Assembly (NCBI GenBank): GCA_000320545.1
Contig: ADNK01000224.1
Location: 1 to 34,577, forward strand
Direction: 5' to 3'
DNA from: Bigelowiella natans CCMP2755
Lineage: Eukaryota > Protista > Cercozoa
Length of the DNA: 34,577 bases
The translations under genes and the position numbers were made by a program. Shown one piece after another: positions 24,893 through 34,577 of this stretch. Positions within the stretch are counted from its first letter, which is position 1, and each line of letters starts with the position of its first letter. Below the pieces are notes generated by a model. That model searched no databases. It saw only the letters and a list, made by a program, of their open reading frames with translations, and was not told the origin of the DNA.

Positions 24893-27800
24893 ATGGAGCT
24901 GCTGCTGGTATCGGTGGCAACGGGGGACCTAGACAGGGTAAGGGAAGCGATCGAGCAGAGCGGAGGCTCAGCAGCGATTGCTGTGAACGAAGCAGGCGAA
25001 GATGGAAAGACGCCCCTAATGGAGGCTGCCAGGAGGGGCCATCTTGATATTGCCAGGCTTCTCGTCGAGAAGGGAGCGCACCTACACCTCACAGACAAGT
25101 ATGGTTTCACGGCGCTAAGCTGGGCGGAAAGATTCGGCAACTCCGATGTTGAGGTTTATCTTCGTGCTGCTGCCGCGACCAACGCCCGTGAGGATGACGA
25201 TGGTGATCAAATAGATTCTCAGCCAGCTAAAGCACACGTTGGCGGTAGTAACATTACATTTTCTTCGGAATCTGGCAGCCCTGGCAGCGAAGAGGCCGTT
25301 CCGGAGAGAAAAAGAGGAAAGCAGCAGCAGCAACAACAACAACAGGAGAAGCAACGACATAAGTATTTTTTCTTGCCAGTATTAAGCCTGGTGTGTGCAT
25401 GCGTGCGTGTGTGTTGCGAATGTGTCTCTCAAACATACCCTATTCATCTCATCAGGTCAAGATCTATGCCCTCGAGCATTGCTGACTTAGCCAATCTCGG
25501 TGACCTCATGGGGATTAAAGAAGTCGTGGAAAGACAAAGGGACAGAGAGGAAAATAAGATAGGGGGGAACCGCCTTCTCCCCTTCCTCCTCGAGCAACCA
25601 AATCCGAGAGATCGCTGTAAGTACACGCCCCTCATGCTGGCCTCAGGAAATGGACATTTGGACGTGGTAGCGTATTTGATCAAGCTCAAGGCTAACGTCA
25701 ACTCCAAGACGGAACCAGGGTAAAATCATGTTTGCTTAATCGATTCCGTGATGATGGAAAATGATGGCCCACTTACACCCCCCCCCCCCCCCCCCCCGCA
25801 AAAAGGTATACTGCGCTCATGCTCGCTTCGATCACGGGGTTCTATGGGATTGTGAAATGCTTGCTGGAGAGGAATGCTGACGTGAATATCGCTAGTATTA
25901 AGGGGTATACTGCGGTGATGTTCGCGGCTGAAAACGACCATCTCGATATTCTCAAGTAAACGATGCAACAAAATAGGACGTAAACGTGTGCGAGGCCTTG
26001 AAATTTCGTGAAGACATCCGCCCTCCCCCCCCCCCCCCCTCCCCCCTTCTCCCTCGACTTCCCTAATTCGAGCCACACATAATTACAGGTACCTTGTTGA
26101 GAACGCCCGAGCATCGTTCACACAGCGAACATCGAAGAAGGGCTACACAGCTCTGACGTGGGCATGTAGAAAGGGGCATTTGGAGATTGTTCGGTATTTG
26201 GTGGAGCAGCAGCAGGCCGAGGTGAATCATGCAAGTAATAAGGGTGTTACGCCTCTAATGTTCGCAGCAGAGGACGGTAGCATAGACCTCGTCAGGTATC
26301 GGAGCACAACTGAATGATGGTGATGATGATGATGATGATGATGATGATCGTGTTTGGTAGTGAACGAAGCCGGAGGAATGGTGTGGTGGTGATTGCTCCT
26401 CTCCTCTCTCCTCGCCTGCATGTATTCATTTATCCATATGTGGAATTCCATTCGTTGCGTGTGTCCGAGGCGTCATCTTCCAACGGAAGAGCAATGAATT
26501 ATACTTCGATTATAATGCGATACGCACGGTCGGCTACGATATGTTTTCACATTTCTTATGTTGCTTGCATCTCCTCCTCCTCCTCCTCCTCCTCCTCCTC
26601 CTCCTCCTCCTCCTCCTCCCCCATTTCGTTGGCGGCAAACAAAGGTATTTAGTCGAAGTTGGAGGAGCAGAGCTGGGGCAGAAAGACAGCCTAGGCCGCA
26701 CGGGGCTCACGTGGGCTAAAGAGCATGAGAATCATGATGCTTTTGAGTATCTGCAGGGGGCACTCAAGCTCAAGGAGACAAAGAAGAAGATGCAGAGGAC
26801 GGGAGAGGGAGACCAGGAGGAGGAGAAGGATAAACAGAAAGCGATAGGAGCGATGATGGCGGGACGGCCTTCTCACCCCTCTCCAAACAACGATATCAAC
26901 TCAATAGATCGATCACAACTGATCTTTGAAGCTGTTCCGCAATCCGCGTCCCCCTCCGGACCACACGAGCAACTGCAAGCGCAGCAGCTTTCGCCGCCAC
27001 CGCCGCCGTCATCATCGTCATCGTCACCCTTGCTCGCAGTTAGTGCATGGGCGTCGGCCCCTTCACCACGCGAGGTTGCTTGGGCCTCCTCGTTGACAAG
27101 AAACATGTTCCTTGACCTCTCGGATAACGGGCTGCTACGATGGCTACGAGCTGTGAGCGGGAAGTTCGGGATCAACGCGGCGACGTTCCAAGATATAGCA
27201 GACGAGGAGTACAACGGCGCGGGGATTTTACAGGCCACCGAATCGACACTCCTTGCCGTGCTCAAGAAGAGAGGCCGTGTTCGCAAACTTATGGACGCTC
27301 TGCAGCCTTATCGAAGTGATTGCGGCGATGGCTTTACTGGGGGAAGAGAGGCGGGGGGCTCTCGAATCTATGGGGTTCCCAATTCGTTCTGTGGTGCTTC
27401 TCGGCATAGAAGATGGCAGGAGGAGAAGGAGGGACAGCGGGGGAATGGACGCGGCGATAATGGTGATGATACGGGTGATTTCGGTGGCACCTATGAGGAC
27501 AACGAGAGCGGCAGAGGTAACAAAGGAGTGCGGCAGCTTGGCGGGGTTAGTATCTTCGACGAGGATGCTGTCACACACGTGCGGAGGCTCGGAAAGGGCG
27601 CCTCTGGAGAGGCCTTTCTCGTCAAAGTCGCCTTGCCAAAATCAAGGAGGAGGAGAATAGGGGAGAGCGAGTCAGATAGGAAGAGGATGAAGGAGATGGT
27701 CGCACCTTCCAACGAAATGCAAGCTGTACTGAAGATTCCATTCTCCAGCAGCAAGGGGCTAGCAGACCCCGACGTGATGCGAGAGCTTGGAGCAATGGCG

Positions 27801-28824
27801 TCACTCCGTCCCCACCCTAACGTACTTGAGTTCCTCGGCGTTGTGCCGCAGAAAGATGGCAAGGCGGTTGGATTCTTAACAGCCTACTGCGAGAGGGGGA
27901 GCCTCGATAAGGTCCTATTCGCGAATGTGGTAGAAGCAGTAGTCGTCATCATCGTTGTAGTTGTCGTACAGTAGTAGTAGAGCCGAATGCATCGGCGCAG
28001 CAAAATTTCCTTCCTTGAGGTTTGCATTGTGTTCTCTCCAGCTTCACAACGTGCTGGATATGGCGTCGCCTCAAAACTTCCTCCGTGCTGCGCAGGACGT
28101 TTGCGCAGGCCTGGCACACCTGCACCACGACAACATGATACACAGGGACCTGGCTTGTCGAAACCTCTTCATGGGATCTGACTACAGGATCGTCATTGCA
28201 GACTACGGGCTTTCCCGAAAACTACCGCAGGGAGAATCGAGGTTTGGCGGTGATGAATAGAGCAGAAGGGGAAGGATCTAGCACAGACACGATGTCCTTG
28301 CGCTTGCTGCTATCGTTGTCACAAAATCCATCATCGTTGCCGTCATCTATAACCATAGTCAATTCCCCATCGTTTTTTTGCTAATCATCCTGTTCTGCTA
28401 TGGCAGGTACTATATTGTCGACTCGAAGCTACCATGGCAGTGGAGTGCGCCTGAAGTGCTTCGGTTTCGCAAGTACGACAAGCAGGCGGATGTGTGGTCG
28501 CTGGGAGTCACGTTGTGGGAAATCCTTACCAAAGGCGCACATCCCTACGGTGTCTCCGCGTTTGATGCACAAGTGCTCGAAGCGATATCGAGCGGCCGGT
28601 TACGGCTAGTCCCCCCAAAGCAATGTCCGAAGGAGATCAAAGAGAGCGTGCTTGACGCCTGCTTCTCCCCACGAGAAGAACGTCCCTCTGCGGTTACTTT
28701 GCTGGAAAGTATTAGGAAACTCCTTGATGCGTTCAGCGCTGCGAAGGAGAATGCTAGTGGTAGTAGTGATCATGGCCTTCAGAGGAAACCTTCGATGCCT
28801 TACGAATACTGGAAGCCAAAATAA
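24893..28824 (+). CDS. Ankyrin-repeat + SAM-like + tyrosine-kinase-type/TKL protein kinase
   Basis: Many ankyrin repeats (GKTPLMEAARRGHLDIARLL, YTPLMLASGNGHLDVV, GYTALTWACRKGHLEIV, GVTPLMFAAEDG). SAM-like segment at about 27110-27310. Kinase motifs LGKGASG, AVLK, HPNVLEFLG, HRDLACRN, DYGLSR, LPWQWSAPE and DVWSLGVTLWE. Confidence 0.9.
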
Positions 28825-29375
28825 TGCAATGCAACATGCTACGATCGCAGCGTTGTAAACATAGCAGATCGAGACATCTCGAATGTACGAATTTGCAAAT
28901 GAACTAACAATGAGGCTTGATGACTAGATTGCAATGGTCAAGCTAAATTGAACTCTGTAGCTCTGCTGCACGCACGCTAGTCACATGTTAGCGGATTTGC
29001 AATGTTGACGCACGTGAGCATTCATTTGATTCGACATGATGTGACACGATCTGCAGGTGGTTCATGAGTCATCACTGCTGTGAATCGCACCACCACGCAC
29101 GAACTTGCACACGTCAACGCAGCACACTAATGCACCACACCCCACATTTCATTTCCCATCTGCCGTCAGTAGGGGGAAATCGCAAAATTTTCATTTCAAA
29201 AATTCACCTGCTGACGACCTACTGCTGAACTGAATTGCTAGAATGACATGGCAAAATCACAGGCACATCCCATGTGTTTTGTGAAAACAATCTTTGTTGA
29301 AAATGACATAGCAAAAATCTGCAGCAAAGCATTGCGTCATCGCCCACACAGCAGAATTTCTCGTGCATCATGGAA

Positions 29376-31399
29376 TTAAGTCTCCTTTTCCTCTAGTTCC
29401 AGAACACCTGGAAGGACAAATAGGTACTGGCCGAGCTCCGATTTCAGCTGGGGAAAACCATCAACTTTTCCATGTTCTACAACTTTCCCATTGGATTTTA
29501 CATAGGATTGGTAGGCAAAATCTTTGACGTAGTCTTTGCCTCCACGCGAACTTCCCTCTGGGAGAACAAAAATGAGAACGTACCCTTCCAAATCCGATTG
29601 TCTCTCTTTGGCCGCCTTCCACACTGCCCCGATTCCAGCAGTTTTAACAGGATGTCTTAGGGAAAATGTTATTTGAATGAGATACAAAATTTTCCCAGAT
29701 ATGAACAGTGAATCTATGCTCTCCAGGTTGCGCCAACTAGGCTCGTAGTAGGTATCGACTTTGAATTCACAATCTTGGAAGTTTTTCTGTGTGAAGTATT
29801 CGTGCCCCTTGATGTTCTTTAAATCAACTTCAAGATCAGGGCCAGTCTTCTTGTCTGGCGTAACTAGTTGCCTCGTCGGCTTGAAAATGCCATCCATGTT
29901 AGTAAAATGCATTGTGGTCAATCGTTCCAACCAATCTGCTTATTCGTGGTTCTCTATTGCCCCCTTTGCTGCCGCTGAAACCTTGTACCTTGCCATTTTG
30001 ATGAAAAAAATCGTGAACTTCTTACGAAAAAGGTTGGATACGTATGCACTAGCGAATCGGAAGTAATACTCCCCTCCAAGACCCCTGTTTTGAGGCACCA
30101 TGTGTGCCAGTCGACCAGAACTGAAAGCCTCCGCACTCTGATTTGTGGAGTAAAAAAAATCCTCCAGTTCGTTTCTTCTTACACTATCCACCAATTTGTC
30201 GATATCTTCGGATTTCTCAAAAATGTAGCGAAGAGAGGGTCCCCATTTTTTCATTCGCTCATTCATCTCAGATTCACTGAGCTGTAGCACTTTGAACGAC
30301 AATCCCTAATTTCTTCCGAAAGCCACGTTGGAAAAATAATCCTCTCATGGTTTGTCTTACCGAACAAGTCGTTCATGTCCCTTTTTTTATTCTTAGTGAG
30401 TAGGCTGGCCCTCTTTGGAGAAACCCATCCGACATGGATGATTAACTGGTTGTCTAAATCAGCAATTGGGTTGTCCCCTTGTGGGTCAATGAAGTTGAAC
30501 ACCTTACCTTCTGACACAGATAGCAAACAACGTATTGCATCATCCTCTTTACGGATGATTTCAATTTCGCCATCCTTGGGAAATTGTTTTGGGATCCAAG
30601 CCCAAAGCCTTCCGAATTGAAAAAGGCACGGATACTCGAAAACCTCTTTCAATTTTTTCAACACTATGAGCGCTGCTGTGGTCTTTCATCCCCCGAGCAT
30701 GCCCGTGATGAGAAATTTGTCTACATTTCCACTCTGAAGCAACTCTTTAATTTTTCCTGCTATCTCAAAATAGCAAGAACGGCAATAAACGACTTGTGAA
30801 TGTTGATTCCTGAGGATTTCTCTATTCCAACGGAGGATGCCATACTTCCTATCTCTCCCAGTAGGATCCTCGATTTTTTCAATCTTCGTCTCGAACAACA
30901 ATTTGAAATCATTGTTGTATTTTTTCCTCGCCGTCTCGATCTCTGTTTTTCTTAACGCTCCGCTTTCCTCAATTTCCATGGCTGAACACACACGCAAAAA
31001 TATCTCAGCACACCGATTGTTCCTTAGATGTTAACAGAATTCATAACCTTGGGTTGCCTCCTTATACTCTTTTGTCACATCCTTCAGTTCTGCCTCCTTC
31101 GCCTGGATTTCCTCGTCCAATTTGTCAATAGCACCATTGAGCGCCTCTTCTTTCTCCTTATTCTTCTCCGTTGCCCAAGCGATGCTCAAAGCTTTTCTTT
31201 CATCCCTCAATTTCTCGATTTGTTTGCTAATAGAGTCCATCTGATTTCCCCATACCTCAGAACGAGAACACATCAAAGCTTAAGCTCCCGAACGCAAGCC
31301 TCGTAGGATAAGTACCAGTGCTTTCGAACTTCTCCTGCTAGAGATTCTTTCATCATCTTCTAGCTTCCTTTTCGCGTCGAAAGATCCACTCCGCTTCAT
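29376..31399 (-). pseudogene. Crinkler/RHS-like (coiled coil + P-loop NTPase + PD-(D/E)xK-type nuclease) pseudogene
   Basis: Five adjacent ORF pieces join through one GT-AG intron (about 31047-30982), an in-frame TGA inside Walker A (ITGMLGG*KTT, 30686-30688), a frameshift near 30280 (FPTWLSEEIRDC..CYS/LSESEMNERMKKWGPSLRYIF) and an in-frame TAA (29940-29942). The C-terminal SIDSL..LYLIQITFSLRHPVK resembles CR-REase motifs. Confidence 0.72.
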
Positions 31400-32059
31400 G
31401 GACTCTAATTTCGAGTCACGTGTGTGAAGATCTTCATGGGAGACTCTCCCTGCTGTGGCGAATCCCCGGAGAGAGCATTACCGGGAGTATTACCGGTATT
31501 GCCCGTTAGTGTTCCGCCGTTTAGTGTCCGAAGACCGAAGATTTACATGTACTGAAGATTACTCGACTACGTGAATGAGTGAATGCCGACATTCATTCCG
31601 AGCCACAAGAATGTAACTTCATGAAAAACTCCAGGAATCGACGTTACACCGAAGAAATTTGGGGGGAAATGATTCGTAAACCTTCCTGCGACATGAAAAC
31701 TTGCAGAAAAAAGCTGTCACGGTGTCTCTGAGAAACTGGCGTTTCTCATAGCGTGCCCCAACAAGTTGTCGCTCAGGATGAACGGATTTCATTTTGAAAA
31801 AAACTTAATTTGTTGGGGAGTGTTGTCTTGGGGAGACATGGAAAGTGAGTGGTGCTGTTTGGGGGGTGTACTGTTTTGGAGCATCGGAAAAAGCCTAACT
31901 GCGACAAAGAAAACTGCGTGATGATTGCCATGAATCAAAACCGTTTCAGATTCGTCGTGTCGATTCAAAAGGAGTTGAAGATCTTAAATTCAAACACAGC
32001 AGGGTTTTGAAGGCGAACTCTTGCCGCACACCCCCTGGCGATCCTGCACCTTTGTTCAC

Positions 32060-33120
32060 TATGATAACTTGTCCACCCGAGGAGGATCAGTTGGATGTTT
32101 TGATGAGGACTCAGGTCGGTATCAATTTTTATCATGTAATATCGGGCTCACATAAGCATCTCATCACGTCCCGCAGCAAACGCGGAAATGTCCTGCTCTG
32201 TCTCGTTCATTTCCGTGCCACGAAAAAGACCTTCACTATGAAAGGGTACTGCTATACTTCCCTGCGATGTTTGGAAAATTGATTGTAACACTCTATAATG
32301 TCAGAGAAATTCTGCAATGAAGAGCGCAGCAAAAAACATGATGAGCAAATCGTTCCGCGCTGCACCGAGGTGAAACCCATACGGACAGAAGTCATTCATT
32401 TGTTGCTTGAGGACTAACGTTTCTCTAAATTTTTAGCGGGTTCGTTTTAGAGTTCTCAGACTCGGTAAATACCCGCATTTAAATGCTTCCCATCTTGAAT
32501 GATTTTTTGATGTCGCGAATCTGAAGAGTCAACGTGTACATTTTATTATCACAGCTCATAAGGAAAGGAGAAACGGTTGAGGGAAGTTCCCGATTGGCTC
32601 CGAGGGGTAGCAGAAGGCATGACACCCCAACAATTAAGCGTCGCGATCCACGTCGAACTTTTCCAGAACTGGCGAAAGAACTCATGAGCTCTAGCAAGCA
32701 TTCCACGCTACAGGCTGCACCCCCTTCGGAAAGAAGACGCCGCCGAGGGCTTCCGACAGGTACGTGGAAGGATAGAGAGGAAAGAAAGTTCTCAGACAAA
32801 TCTGATGCAACTAATCTGACGCAAATATTTGTATCAAAGTAGGGCTAGGATCGTCATTACCGAGCCTGGCTGAACAGGCAACCAGTCTTTTGGACAGCAG
32901 TGAGGCAGCCCGCAGGGCAAAGAGTACGTCGCCTAGGAAAGTATTGTCGCCATCAGACAGCAGCAGCAGCAGCAGCAGTAAATACGTAGCAGGACGGAAA
33001 AAACAGCGAACAAATCGCTTTACATCCCAAGCGCGGGCCCTCGGCCTTGCGCCACCCATCCAACACCATTCCGAGATAAATGGAAGGCTAGACGAACACA
33101 AGATTACGGGTATGGGTTGA
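32060..33120 (+). other. Possible degraded or orphan spliced gene of unknown function
   Basis: Coding-like blocks bounded by GT/AG, for example KEKRLREVPDWLRGVAEGMTPQQLSVAIHVELFQNWRKNS*. I could not build a clean stop-free model and recognised no family. Confidence 0.25.
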
Positions 33121-33617
33121 GAATGCAACCCCAAACAACAACGCGGCTTAGTGAGTGCTTTGCTGTGAATGTATTATGATTAATGTAAAGTTATTTATTG
33201 TACCCTACAGAAACGGATCGATAAGAGATACGAATATGCATCATGCATTCACGATGCGTGCGAATGCATCATCATACAGTTTTTATGATGTAAAAATGTG
33301 CAGTGCATGTGTGTGCAATGCACATGTAGGAAGAGAATGTGGCAGTGAGCATAGCGCTAGACCTCAGCATATACGCTATCTACGAGTGGAGCGTGCTTGC
33401 GTGCATGATCGAGGCAGTACGTAGGCGTGCGTACGTGTGCGCGAGACGGACATGTGATGAATTCATTAAATATTTCCAATGCGTACGTGTGCGTGGCATG
33501 GATGTATGGATGTAGTCGATGTCATTTGCCGGCTATAAAGGACGTGCGTGCATGTACGTGCAGTGGTGCAGCGTGATGTGACTACTAAATATTAATACTG
33601 TAATAACACTACGTGAC

Positions 33618-33704
33618 GCCGCTACTGCTACGCTTTACACGTACAGCAGCTACATTAGGATGACCTTGAAAAGATTTAATTACTTTATTACATCCGTCTC
33701 ACAC
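33618..33704 (+). repeat. Short dispersed repeat, copy 2
   Basis: gccgctactg..ctttacac..gctacattaggatgaccttgaaaagatttaattactttattacatccgtctcacac; shared core attacatccgt. Confidence 0.75.
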
Positions 33705-33804
33705 TAGGTTCATGCTGTGCATGCTAGCTATGTCTCCACTTCATCTGCTACTAGATAGGTATATTGCACTGTGCAGAGTTACAAACTTTTCAACTTACAA
33801 CAAT

Positions 33805-33871
33805 GCTTTGCACAGCGACATGAGGATGGCCATTGAACAAATTTAATTAATTTGATTACATCCGTCTTACA
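33805..33871 (+). repeat. Short dispersed repeat, copy 3
   Basis: gctttgcacagcgacatgaggatggccattgaacaaatttaattaatttgattacatccgtcttaca; shared core attacatccgt. Confidence 0.7.
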
Positions 33872-34102
33872 ATACTGCTGTGGGATTCTATATCAAGTCG
33901 TTTCGCTCTCTGAGACTTGTATACTTGCTTGGCACTAGATGCATACTACCAAAAACTCTTTGCATGCAGCTATTAATTTTACGTATACAATTTACTAAAA
34001 AAAAAAGATAGAACCGACACCGATCGCACAGACATTGATTTTTGGATAGAAAAATCACGAATCTCTATACATCGGGCAACCCTTATTTCGTGTTTTATAT
34101 TA

Positions 34103-34577
34103 ATGGCGGCGTTGGAGAACCAGACTAAAGAGTTAAGGGCTCTGCTTGTTAAGCGCCGCCAGTCAACCAATTACGCGTTTTACTCATCACCCAGTCGCTC
34201 TCCTACAGATAGCAATGCCTCTAGAGTAAGGACTTCCAAGCATCACTTTGTCACCCCATGCAATAGCAGTGGATGTCATCGAGAGATCAGTACCGTCCTG
34301 CATGTGTTGACACGTACCAATCAATTTCATTTCCCCAATGTTAGTTATCACACCATCATTTCTGCGCTCTGGTTTTGGGGGGGGAGGGGGGGGGGGCTCA
34401 TGGCATGCGTGGAGTTTTTATTTCTGCCGAAGACTTTCATGGCGTCGAAGCAATAGTTCATACGCACGCTACGCCGGGATTGTATGAACTGTAGTGTTTA
34501 ATGATTCTCATTTTTTTATCAATATGAAATGCAAGATCCTGACCATTATTAAGTCTTCTCGTACTTCATAGTCCACT
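34103..34577 (+). CDS. Probable first exon(s) of a gene continuing beyond the window
   Basis: ATG-initiated MAALENQTKELRALLVKRRQSTNYAFYSSPSRSPTDSNASR is followed by a strong donor GTAAG at 34226 and intron-like sequence with a G-run. Confidence 0.4.

Noticed and set aside
29940-30688. In-frame TGA and TAA in the Crinkler-like gene as stop-codon reassignment or selenocysteine
   Set aside because: Neighbouring intact genes terminate with TAA, TAG and TGA. The TGA replaces a Walker A Gly and a frameshift is also present, so pseudogenisation is the simpler explanation.
1-34577. Non-canonical introns, CRISPR arrays, tRNA/rRNA genes, intact transposases
   Set aside because: All junctions I could resolve are GT-AG. 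I recognised no repeat-spacer array, structural RNA or transposase/RT motif by eye.

Overview
Eukaryotic nuclear DNA in the standard genetic code. It is gene-dense, with many short GT-AG introns, a large share of which contain microsatellites or G/C homopolymers, so most entries in the six-frame ORF track are exon fragments or repeat artefacts. I spliced the genes by hand. In order they are: a PSAT1-like LCAT-family acyltransferase (-, truncated at the window start), a GT92/GT2-like glycosyltransferase (+), a bestrophin-like UPF0187/VCCN channel (+), a renalase-family flavoprotein (+), a PLGRKT/DUF2368 homologue (-), an uncharacterised Cys-repeat type I membrane protein (+), RadA/Sms (-), an ankyrin-SAM-tyrosine-kinase-type protein (+), and a Crinkler/RHS-like NTPase-REase pseudogene (-), followed by poorly resolved fragments. 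Signal-peptide plus basic transit-like leaders on bestrophin and RadA suggest an alga with a complex plastid, possibly a chlorarachniophyte (inference only). The most striking signal is non-coding. Intergenic tracts are almost devoid of TpA, except in CTA/TAG and especially CTAG contexts, while CpG is retained. Diverged repeat copies differ by TA->TG/CA changes. This looks like a region-restricted, context-specific A:T->G:C hypermutation, opposite in direction to RIP or 5mC decay.
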